IMG/VR virus record: IMGVR_UViG_3300014502_000001
Location: 28,772 to 92,771 of that record
Length of the DNA stretch: 64,000 bases
Strand: one strand, 5' to 3'
Source of the DNA: a virus
The notes beneath the pieces were generated by a model that saw nothing but the letters and a program-made list of their open reading frames with translations, ran no database searches and was not told the DNA's origin. Position numbers and translations under genes: made by a program. Of the stretch, positions 9,301-16,402 are shown in pieces (within the stretch, counting starts at the first letter, position 1; every line of letters begins with the position of its first letter).

Positions 9301-10315
9301 CCATTTCCTGAACAAGCAGAAAATATTCCGCAAAGCCTAGCTTGATGATCTCTCCCAATTCATATTCACAGCGCTCTACCACTTCCTCTGTACCCAGGGA
9401 CTCAACATTCTCTATGACGTTGAAACACTGCTCACGCAAATATGCGCCAGGATCTTCACGCGCTTCCTCATAGGCTAGCGGCACACTGACCTTGCCCGCC
9501 TTAAATTCCCATGTGCACTTAGCCGCCACCTCATCCCAGATCTCTGCCATCATCAGCTCTGAGTTCTTGAACCCAAGCTCCTGCGCACAGACCACCATTT
9601 CCTCATATGTTTTAAGATGCAGATCAGCCATATCTGCGGGCGCGGGCTCGTTAGGTAGCATCTTCTGGTTGAAGCTCAAGCGCCTTATGACCTCACGCGC
9701 TTGCCAGTCCTCTGGCTTTATATAATGGACATCACCAGTGAATATGATCTTACCACCCATCAGCTCCTGCATATCTCTGAGCAGTTGACTATACTCCCTC
9801 TGGGGAAGATAGTTCTTGAGCATTGGAGCTTCCCAATAAAAGTCGTCACCAAATTTATCCATGATCTGCGGAACCAGGTCACCCATATTTGGATGAGCCA
9901 GCACACCCTCTGTGCAAGCCGTCAAATATACACAGTCCTGTATCTCGCTCAAGAGATATTTCCAGTCAATACGCGGACGGATATAAAAGCCTTCTGTATT
10001 GGCCTTTGTTAAGGCACGCATGATGGAGCTAAAGCCGTTGCTATTTTTGGCCAGCAGCACAGCATGCCAGCGCCGCTTATCGCTGCGGTCAGCCAAATCA
10101 TCAACGACATAAAACTCGCAACCCAAAATGGGATTTGCGCCTGCCTTTTTAACGGTCTGATAAAACTGAATAGCTCCATCCACCGTTCCATGATCAGTTA
10201 AGGCTATGTCCTTAATGCCATATCCCTTGATCACAGCATCAAGCTGATCAATGCGAATGATGGAATCTTGAATCGAGAACTCTGAATGGAAATGGAAAGC
10301 GCTAACAGGCTTCAT
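5768..10315 (-). CDS. dnaE: DNA polymerase III alpha (DnaE, family C) with intein and C-terminal family-4 uracil-DNA glycosylase domain
   Basis: PHP motifs HFHSEFS, TDHG, GCEFY, GDVH; GRGSVGGSLVAY; PDIDLDF; HAAG; KIDALGL; YQEQ; YGFNKSH; C-terminal CELC..GEAPG..FVG..KCRP..HPS. Confidence 0.96.
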   Translation of the reverse strand: MKPVSAFHFHSEFSIQDSIIRIDQLDAVIKGYGIKDIALTDHGTVDGAIQFYQTVKKAGANPILGCEFYVVDDLADRSDKRRWHAVLLAKNSNGFSSIMRALTKANTEGFYIRPRIDWKYLLSEIQDCVYLTACTEGVLAHPNMGDLVPQIMDKFGDDFYWEAPMLKNYLPQREYSQLLRDMQELMGGKIIFTGDVHYIKPEDWQAREVIRRLSFNQKMLPNEPAPADMADLHLKTYEEMVVCAQELGFKNSELMMAEIWDEVAAKCTWEFKAGKVSVPLAYEEAREDPGAYLREQCFNVIENVESLGTEEVVERCEYELGEIIKLGFAEYFLLVQEMVLWAKHNGCMVGPGRGSVGGSLVAYLLGITDVNPLEYGLMFERFISPERHDLPDIDLDFEDAERDRVIQHMRDKYGERSVTAVSTFSTMKGRGVVRDVSRVFSVPLVEVDQIAKQILVRSGGDARADFSVEDTVALFENAKEFNKKYPYVIQICKKIEGNIKTKGVHAAGLVVDVEDLYSGHKCVVVKTKSGDLAVNWDKHDIEFAGVMKIDALGLKTLNILRLAKEEIKRRHNVVADYSTLPLDDPKVLEAFTKADTAGIFQFGSAGMIQYIRNFKPKNFNELVQVNSLFRPGTLRSGMASKFILYKDGVEKPTYINAQMKELLGETYGIVLYQEQMMRILNKLSGIPWRTVDVIRKVVSKSEGQDKFETFRKDWLAGVQKLGTMSVADAQKVFTLMKFFGCLTGDTKIYRCASNQHKDSEMTIEEAYKYQDNYNFKRRGLKILSMHDDGFVRYNTIKRVWKTGMKPVYLIRTAGNKTVRASAEHHFMVGGEWKTVSEISVGDRIRVSDLKLPKKLHGEGYGSGSFGQTCPRFRKGEGPTNEEKARREHLVDQYGGRCQVCGSGSFPEMHHINGDTTDNSEDNTMLLCRKHHRAYTDSALFRRYRVGYFTQDEEIVEKKFIGERETYDMEMEEEPANFIANNFVSHNSYGFNKSHSVEYTMLGYWTMWLKVYYPTEFFHATLVRASDDDIVPLLSDAQRHGMKIKSPDINCSGYSWTIEDTGVLRGGFDIIKGISTNSALELVKAREAHGGKFEDIFDFAANIPRRLINIGKIRVLLRSKALDSIISEEDRKKLVLHLETKKKFPTSEKQYKDIDASAYVETDVLAYEMPEEYLTQNKALVELLSRHFRVKKLSYLSGRENEAIPEYSYHIGKYDEIKFGFRQKVEQSHGTGSDVDVKGYASDLGGCYGIFRDDTSLTYSTVTGKLYHSELKGEIEEIASRMIIMRANKPAKTSNIFMDRFQFMDYIKKGDLGMLDYRGIVPYVDTRREAINLAADIQKCELCPAYKICKRPTPFSAGIFQTMIIGEAPGADEDASGLPFVGKAGRTLWGSLDKHGLSRDLFWVTNVLKCRPKDNKIVDLRVPAFCSAQWLRKEIAVQKPRLILSLGKTALHWVTGDNKASIMDRNGTAEWSESLGAWLVYCIHPSMVSYDASHRAELDAAVKVFSDMFLRIIPVE
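7358..8095 (-). mobile_element. Intein (246 aa) in DnaE carrying an HNH homing endonuclease
   Basis: KFFG|CLTGDT ... ASAEHHF (block B) ... CQVC..HHINGD..N..N..LLCRKHH ... TYDMEM..NFIANNFVSHN|SYGFNKSH; removing it restores KFFGSYGFNKSH. Confidence 0.95.
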
Positions 10316-10318
10316 GCA

Positions 10319-10663
10319 TCACCATACCAATTCAAATTTGATGGGCTCTTCTCTCTTCACGTTTATTTTAGTGATTGACTCAATAGCAGCACAGGCCTGC
10401 CACCAAAGCGCCGTATCACTAATGGGAATCTTAGCGATCCAGAGATCATCATAGTCAGGATCTCTTTCCACGACAATCCTGCCAAATGTCCGACGAGTCT
10501 GCCAATAGGCTAGTCGCACAGTGACGATGCCGTCTCCCACATTTTCAATAAACGCCCTTATCCCTGGCAAGCGCTTAAATTCTGGAGTGGTATCATCGCG
10601 CCACTCAGCAGATTGTCGCACCTCTCTATTCACCAGCCTATTCACTGCCGCTTCTATTTCCAT
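10319..10663 (-). CDS. Hypothetical protein
   Basis: Fills the gap in the operon; no motif recognised. Confidence 0.6.
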   Translation of the reverse strand: MEIEAAVNRLVNREVRQSAEWRDDTTPEFKRLPGIRAFIENVGDGIVTVRLAYWQTRRTFGRIVVERDPDYDDLWIAKIPISDTALWWQACAAIESITKINVKREEPIKFELVW

Positions 10664-10666
10664 AGG

Positions 10667-11029
10667 TCAGAATCTCAACAGAGCTTCAATGGGCCATTCC
10701 GGCTTGACGTCGAAATTGCCGTGCTCTTCAAGCACACATCTGCATGCGTGCCAGAAATTTTCGTCCTCATTTCGAAATACTCTGAGCACCCAAACATTTC
10801 TCGCCTTGCAGTCTTTCTCAAGGAAAGCCATAGCGACGCCCAGCAGAGAACCATTCAGGCGCTTTAGTGTCACAGGAACGTGATTTGGCGCTTTCTCTTC
10901 TGGACAATAAAAACCCAGCATTCCTGGCATCAGCTTGTAACGCTCAGGCAGCTGTTTCCACCACGCAGAGTTCTCCTTTTCTTCTCCGATCCGCTTGAAG
11001 AGTTTCACTTCTTTCATGATCATAATCAT
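10667..11029 (-). CDS. Hypothetical protein
   Basis: Start moved to ATG 11029 behind an AAGGAG RBS. Confidence 0.6.
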   Translation of the reverse strand: MIMIMKEVKLFKRIGEEKENSAWWKQLPERYKLMPGMLGFYCPEEKAPNHVPVTLKRLNGSLLGVAMAFLEKDCKARNVWVLRVFRNEDENFWHACRCVLEEHGNFDVKPEWPIEALLRF

Positions 11030-11036
11030 TTCTCCT

Positions 11037-11237
11037 TTACAGATATCTTCCGTTTTCCCAAAGCACAGCTCCTGTCGTGGAGCTAACAACTCTCACCTTT
11101 TTGACTCTTGCACCGTCCCCAGAATCACGAATAGATATTGCAGCTTCTACTGCAGACTCTAGCGTATCTGTGACCTTAAAGTGAGCCCAGTTGAATTCTC
11201 TATTCCAGACTAATTCCACACAGAACTGATCTCTCAT
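11037..11237 (-). CDS. Hypothetical protein
   Basis: Tightly packed ORF in the operon. Confidence 0.55.
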   Translation of the reverse strand: MRDQFCVELVWNREFNWAHFKVTDTLESAVEAAISIRDSGDGARVKKVRVVSSTTGAVLWENGRYL

Positions 11238-11239
11238 GA

Positions 11240-11977
11240 TCAGCTCTTCACGAAATCTTTGATGCTCTGGACATATTTGCCTTCCACCGTTTCCAGCTTA
11301 GGCTTAAAGCCGCAGCCCTCGGCGTGAGGACAAAAGCCGATATGCTCGCACGGCTTTTTGAACATGGGCCTGAATACGTCACCCATTTTCAGGCACACTT
11401 CCTCAATCATCAGAGCACTGACTTCTCGAATTTCTCCCTGAGCCATCAGACAAAGGCGCGAGGATAAAAATGTCGAGAGATTGCGGAAGTTGATTGCCAT
11501 CGTAATGGGTGAATGGATATTCAGCGGTAAAAGGCCGCGTGCCACTTGCACCTTTTCACCACGCTGAATAAGATGATTGTAGATGTCTTCGACCTTGAGC
11601 ATGGATTGCTCATAGGCCATAGGATCTATAACGTCGGGAGGCGTATGGTAGTCACCCGCCGTAGCAAAGCCTTCCTTGCTCACCACGCGCAAACTCTGGA
11701 TGGAATATGCGGCGGTGCGGTGACGCGTGAGCTGCTGCTGAAAGGCACGACTCACATTTCTGAACAGCCAGTTGGTCAGGATGAATTCCTGCACGCCGCC
11801 CGTCAGCGGCTCGGCAGCCATGTACTCGACAAAATCATTTTCCAGCTGCCGACTGACATGGCCCATAAACAGCGGATCATCAGAAACTTGACCGTGCATG
11901 TTCTTAAAAGCGAACAGCATTGTCCTCAAAGGCTCCGGCGTAAAATTGAAAAGAATGACCTGTGCGGTCTTACTCAT
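11240..11977 (-). CDS. thyX: Flavin-dependent thymidylate synthase ThyX-like protein
   Basis: VSRAFQQQLTRHRTAAYSIQSLR (RHRx7S signature), ARGLLP, NFRNL..F...R, AQGEIR. Confidence 0.88.
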   Translation of the reverse strand: MSKTAQVILFNFTPEPLRTMLFAFKNMHGQVSDDPLFMGHVSRQLENDFVEYMAAEPLTGGVQEFILTNWLFRNVSRAFQQQLTRHRTAAYSIQSLRVVSKEGFATAGDYHTPPDVIDPMAYEQSMLKVEDIYNHLIQRGEKVQVARGLLPLNIHSPITMAINFRNLSTFLSSRLCLMAQGEIREVSALMIEEVCLKMGDVFRPMFKKPCEHIGFCPHAEGCGFKPKLETVEGKYVQSIKDFVKS

Positions 11978-11996
11978 GGTGTTCTCCTATGGTCAT

Positions 11997-12025
11997 ATTA
12001 TAGCCCAAACGAAAGACAAAGTAAA
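11997..12025 (-). promoter_or_regulatory. sigma70-like promoter TTTACT-17-TATAAT upstream of thyX
   Basis: Minus strand TTTACT ttgtctttcgtttgggc TATAAT; same hexamers as the promoter at 21541-21569. Confidence 0.7.
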
Positions 12026-12036
12026 TGGGAAACATC

Positions 12037-12981
12037 CTATCGTTCCCACGACAATTTGACGGCTGCAGTATAAGGTTTTCCCCTTGAAGCCAGTCGCAAT
12101 ATCTTGTCGTCGCCAGGCAGCGGCTTGCGCGTCCGCTGAACAAGACCTATGCGCGGCTGCTTAGCGTCACAGCCTTTACAGACAGATATGTCACGCTGGC
12201 CCCAATAGAGCTTGCGCCGCGCCGCCGCGAATATGGGTGAGTCCCAGATCTTTTGTACGCCCTCTTTGGCCACGTTGCCTATTTTTAGCACACCTCTGAA
12301 ATCATTGCAACAAATGGCCACATTTCCGTCCCAGCGTATAGACAGCTCTCTGAAAGGAAGCACACACCGCTTGCCAGCCATTTTTTCATTGGGTGGAGCT
12401 CCGCAGCCGCAATGGTTGGACAGATATGAATGGGTGCCGCGCTTAGCCTTAGTGATATCGTCGATGATGACAAGAGTGTGATCATTCGGCCTGCGCCGCT
12501 TATGAGGATTAGCTATTTTTTCATCAGGATATAAACGCACATCAATAGCTGTCTCGCCAGCCAGAACCTGATCCAGGACATCAGCCACAGTCGTGCTGCC
12601 GGCATGACGATAGTCGCTCATGCCAATCGTGTTCAGGCCTGCTTGGAATATAGCGTTGATCTGCGCAGCGGCGTCCTTCACAAAGCCGTGACCGTTGGTC
12701 AGCATGAGCATGCTGGCCTTGGGCAACGCCGCCCTGAATATGGAGACGATCTCGTCCTTGTCAGGATTCAGGCTAGGCTCGCCGTGCATATTAAATTCAA
12801 TCCTGCTATTCCAGCCCGCCGCCGCTATGCTCTCAGCAATTTTCTGGGCAGTGGCTGGAGTCATATATTTGAAATCAGGACGCGTGCCTCTGATTCCATT
12901 TATGCCACAGTAGCTACACCGCCGCGAGCAGCCCTCTGTCAGCTCAACCTGGATGCTCCAAGGCGCTTTACTAGCCTTCAT
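12037..12981 (-). CDS. Radical SAM enzyme with SPASM/twitch domain
   Basis: CSRRCSYC (CxxxCxxC), HGEP, LTNG, C..PF..L.IRWDG.V.ICC.D..GN..IW..CKGC. Confidence 0.92.
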   Translation of the reverse strand: MKASKAPWSIQVELTEGCSRRCSYCGINGIRGTRPDFKYMTPATAQKIAESIAAAGWNSRIEFNMHGEPSLNPDKDEIVSIFRAALPKASMLMLTNGHGFVKDAAAQINAIFQAGLNTIGMSDYRHAGSTTVADVLDQVLAGETAIDVRLYPDEKIANPHKRRRPNDHTLVIIDDITKAKRGTHSYLSNHCGCGAPPNEKMAGKRCVLPFRELSIRWDGNVAICCNDFRGVLKIGNVAKEGVQKIWDSPIFAAARRKLYWGQRDISVCKGCDAKQPRIGLVQRTRKPLPGDDKILRLASRGKPYTAAVKLSWER

Positions 12982-13319
12982 GCGAGAGCCTTTTTTTTGA
13001 GCTCCTGCTGCTCGTAAAGCTTGGCAACGACTCTGGCTGCAGCACCCTGGCCCAGATCCCGATCATATCCCCACTCCTCAAACTGATCAGGATTTTCGAG
13101 ATTGACTTTCATGACTCGTCCGTACAGATAATCGAATTTTTTGCTTGGCCCCATGCCAGGATAATCAGGCAGAGTTTGTTTCCCTTCCAGCAGCTCAGCG
13201 GCCTGTTCCCTGGTCATATCCCCAGGACGAGCCTGCAGAAAGCCCATCCCCTGGACATGCGATGCGTTATACAGTGCGGCCAGAACATCAGCGGGCAGAA
13301 GTCCTTTTGTCGAAATCAT
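12978..13319 (-). CDS. Hypothetical phage protein (VLAALYN..GMG..FDYLYGRVMKV..YDRD.G.G type)
   Basis: Start reassigned to ATG 13319 (ATGA overlap, GGAG RBS). Confidence 0.7.
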   Translation of the reverse strand: MISTKGLLPADVLAALYNASHVQGMGFLQARPGDMTREQAAELLEGKQTLPDYPGMGPSKKFDYLYGRVMKVNLENPDQFEEWGYDRDLGQGAAARVVAKLYEQQELKKKALA

Positions 13320-14293
13320 GATTGGTTCTCCTTGGATTTTTGCTGTTCCATTTTCTTCAGCCAGGTAGGAACATATATGACCTTTTTTGTGGCCAGGTCG
13401 ATCATAGGTCGCTGGCTCATTGTGGCCCAGCGATCCGACTTCATGCGCATTTCCTGCATGTAGTTGCAAACGTCTTTTGCAAAATTGCCCGTCTCTTTGT
13501 GAAAGGTATTCCACATCAGATCCAGCCACCGCGTGCCACCCGCGAAATATGGCGACCGCCCTAGCTGCTCAATTTCACAATGGCGCGTAAAAGCGCAGCG
13601 GCTGTTTGTGTACCACTTAGGCGAGAAAAATGCATTGACGTCGATATCACGCATGCCAAAGCCTAGACCAGGATTATACCAGTGATAGGCGCAGCCCGCG
13701 TAAAGAACATATCCTCGCACGTTGGCAATTTTCTTAGGATTCTTTTTGTGCAGGAACTCTTCCATCATAGATATGGCTTTCTTCCGAATGCGCGTCAGAT
13801 TCTTTTTGTCCTGATGCCAGTCGTAATTGCGATACGTGCTGAGTGTTTCAGCATCATATATTTTCTCTTCCAGCTGTGGATTGCCCAGCTTCACGATAAA
13901 CTCTTTCAGCTTAACTGGATTACCGGCAGGGTGTTTGCCATATCTGACAATGGTGGGGAATCCAGGCTTGACCGGGATGTTGGGATATTTCACCACATAG
14001 TCCACGTCATATAGCAGCGCTAGCTGGCGCATCTGATCCACCATTTCATAGCCCTTACGCGGGTGGATATAGTACCACAGAAAAACAAACTTGCGTGCCA
14101 TGCTAGTCAGCAGATCGAACATGGGCTTGCCATGCTCGTCCTGCGCATAAACGTGATCCTCGCCATCAATGTCGTTGACGACATAAACCTTAGACTCTGG
14201 GAAATGATCCTGAAATTTGACCGCCATCGCGATCGTCACATCCAGAATCTTTTCCTCGTCCTCATCAGGATTAACCACAATCACATCATTCAT
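13316..14293 (-). CDS. Two-domain protein; C-terminal part may be a Pol-beta-superfamily nucleotidyltransferase
   Basis: YAGCAYH...GMRDIDVNAFF resembles the hG[GS]x9-13DhDh NTase motif; later candidate third acidic residue in WLDLM. Confidence 0.5.
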   Translation of the reverse strand: MNDVIVVNPDEDEEKILDVTIAMAVKFQDHFPESKVYVVNDIDGEDHVYAQDEHGKPMFDLLTSMARKFVFLWYYIHPRKGYEMVDQMRQLALLYDVDYVVKYPNIPVKPGFPTIVRYGKHPAGNPVKLKEFIVKLGNPQLEEKIYDAETLSTYRNYDWHQDKKNLTRIRKKAISMMEEFLHKKNPKKIANVRGYVLYAGCAYHWYNPGLGFGMRDIDVNAFFSPKWYTNSRCAFTRHCEIEQLGRSPYFAGGTRWLDLMWNTFHKETGNFAKDVCNYMQEMRMKSDRWATMSQRPMIDLATKKVIYVPTWLKKMEQQKSKENQS

Positions 14294-15519
14294 TTGTACT
14301 TCTCCACGACCTTAGCAGATTTTTCCCAATACATTTTTTCAAAGTCCGCTGTATCAAAACCAAACAGCAGATATATTGAAAGTAGGAACTTGAAGATATC
14401 CGTCAGCTCCTCAAGGATCCTTTCCCTGTCCAGCTTTACCGCACCAGGCTTGCTGCCGAACTTCCAGTTGATGGTGTCCAGGAAGTCATTGCTCTCGCTG
14501 AATAGATGGAGAACGTAGTTTTTAGCCGCCCGTTGGACGGCCTCTAAATCTGGCGCATAGCTAACAAACTTCCTGTTGAACGCTTTCTGATCGCTGAATA
14601 TGCTCTCCATAAAAAATTTATTGGAGCTGCGCTGAATAACTGCCTTCATCGTGATGTCAGGATTCCACTCGCCATAGCGCCCGAGGAACATCACGTTGGG
14701 TGGAGCTATGTTTTCATGGCTGCGCAGAATCCGAGCTCCAGGCATAATAATGGAATCCTGAAAAGGCAAAGAACCTTCAATGGCGATGACGTCTCCTTGT
14801 AGCACCTTGGAACGCCGCACTCGATCAAAGCCAAATTTCTCCTCAGGGAAATATACCATGGACTCTTCGGGCAGCTCCGGATAGCCACATCCTAGCCACT
14901 GGTCATCTGACATCGTGCCCGTATAAAGTGGAAACGACATCAGCACCTTATGCTCGGCGTGTGGGCCTTCATAAATCTTCCAGAATACATTCGCAGGAAT
15001 CGTACTCACCAGATGGCTGTATTCCAGCGCCTTATCATTATCCAGAACAATCTGCTTTTCAGATATGGAGACAACCTTTCTGTTAATCACTCTTTTCTCA
15101 GCCAGCCTATAGTGAAGCAAATCCAGCAGTGTTTTGGCACTAAGATGATATGTGTGCATAAGGCCGCGATCACCGCTCACGTATGGGCCGGCAAGGATGT
15201 CCTCAGCAGGGAATAAAGACGGTGGCCGCTCATGGCCGCTGAGCTTTTTCTTCATCAGGTCACGCTTTACATCATCAGGTGGTTCACCCTGATTATATTT
15301 TCCGTCCTTGAAATATCCGATGGTGATGTCCAACTGCGACGAGCTTATATCCAGGTCAGCCAGGAACTCGTCGCACGCCTTACACTTAGGCAGGATAAGG
15401 CTGTGTTGAAAGCTAGCCACGTCCGACTGCGCGCCCGCCGCTGGAGCAATTCTGGTGTACTCTGGATTGTAAAACTGAAAAATTTTAGCACTCAACCCAT
15501 TACCAAGTATAATCTTCAT
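14290..15519 (-). CDS. FAD-dependent oxidoreductase (UDP-Gal mutase/protoporphyrinogen-oxidase-like) fused to an all-alpha dUTPase/dCTPase (MazG-like) domain
   Basis: MKIILGNGLS (Rossmann), LVSTIP, FLGRYGEW; C-terminal Q..FN...SESNDFLDTINWK...ILEELTDIFKF..Y..K. Start at ATG 15519 (TGATG overlap, AGGAG RBS). Confidence 0.78.
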   Translation of the reverse strand: MKIILGNGLSAKIFQFYNPEYTRIAPAAGAQSDVASFQHSLILPKCKACDEFLADLDISSSQLDITIGYFKDGKYNQGEPPDDVKRDLMKKKLSGHERPPSLFPAEDILAGPYVSGDRGLMHTYHLSAKTLLDLLHYRLAEKRVINRKVVSISEKQIVLDNDKALEYSHLVSTIPANVFWKIYEGPHAEHKVLMSFPLYTGTMSDDQWLGCGYPELPEESMVYFPEEKFGFDRVRRSKVLQGDVIAIEGSLPFQDSIIMPGARILRSHENIAPPNVMFLGRYGEWNPDITMKAVIQRSSNKFFMESIFSDQKAFNRKFVSYAPDLEAVQRAAKNYVLHLFSESNDFLDTINWKFGSKPGAVKLDRERILEELTDIFKFLLSIYLLFGFDTADFEKMYWEKSAKVVEKYK

Positions 15520-16064
15520 CACACTTCTCCTTGCAAAAGAATCGCTGGAGAAAAATACTCTCCGACTATAATCCATCTGAAATATTCCTTCCAGCGTTTT
15601 CTATTTGAATTAACTTTAATATTACAACCAGTACAAAGCTCTATCAAATTATTAGACCAATTATGCTTTTTATTGTAATCAATATGATGAACAGGATGTC
15701 TTCTTTTTCCCTCTTTAGTGTTACAAAGCTGACATATATGACCGTCACGATCACGAATTTGCTCTCGCAATTCAGGCGTCCATCTTGTACCATATTTTTC
15801 AGAGCTCTTGCCGCCCAGCCAGCTAGGATGATTCACAGGATCTACAAAACGTCGTATCTGAGCTAAACTCTGTTTTGCAATTGTTTCTTCACTATGCTGC
15901 TTACCGAGATTACCGTGTGCATTCACATTACCAAGTTTTGCAAGACTCATCTTTGCTCGTGTATTCTTGCTGTGTTTTCTGCCATAGAAAGGATTATTTG
16001 CACCAGCAGTAATCAGACTTATTTTAATCTTGGCCTCTTTGCTGTGGTGACTTCCCTTTCTCAC
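15519..16064 (-). CDS. Free-standing HNH homing endonuclease with NUMOD3-like repeats
   Basis: GRKHS..TRAKMS repeats; IRDRDGHICQLC, VHHIDYNK..N..NLI.LC..C; AT-rich. Confidence 0.9.
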   Translation of the reverse strand: MRKGSHHSKEAKIKISLITAGANNPFYGRKHSKNTRAKMSLAKLGNVNAHGNLGKQHSEETIAKQSLAQIRRFVDPVNHPSWLGGKSSEKYGTRWTPELREQIRDRDGHICQLCNTKEGKRRHPVHHIDYNKKHNWSNNLIELCTGCNIKVNSNRKRWKEYFRWIIVGEYFSPAILLQGEV

Positions 16065-16402
16065 AGCTTCTCCTTTTCTATTTGCGCATCGATGTCCAGC
16101 GCATAATATAGAACCGCAAAATTGATGATATCAATAACTGAGTCGCGCACATCAGCACCGACATCACGCTTGCAATTACTCAGAGATATAAGGCGACTCG
16201 TCTTTTTGATGATCTCGTAAAGCGCCCTATGCGCTGGAATATCCATGTTCAGCTTCAGCAGCTTGCATATTTCAGCGTCACGCTTGAACGAGTCCAAGAA
16301 ATCGGAGTTGATGGCATTATAGCGCCCGCCTTTATCCACCAGCATATCTGCGCAGTTTTTGAGCAGCCCGTCAGCGATGGGTTTGAATTCCTGATACTTC
16401 AT
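16061..16402 (-). CDS. Nucleotide-modification-associated (Nmad1/DUF1599-like) all-alpha protein
   Basis: K...Y.....D.L.SF.....K..RL......DSVIDIINFAVL pattern. Confidence 0.6.
   Translation of the reverse strand: MKYQEFKPIADGLLKNCADMLVDKGGRYNAINSDFLDSFKRDAEICKLLKLNMDIPAHRALYEIIKKTSRLISLSNCKRDVGADVRDSVIDIINFAVLYYALDIDAQIEKEKL

Noticed and set aside
15519-16064. Group I introns around the free-standing endonucleases (also 51582, 54233, 63113)
   Set aside because: Flanking genes look complete and overlap or abut the endonuclease ORFs, leaving no room for a ribozyme core.
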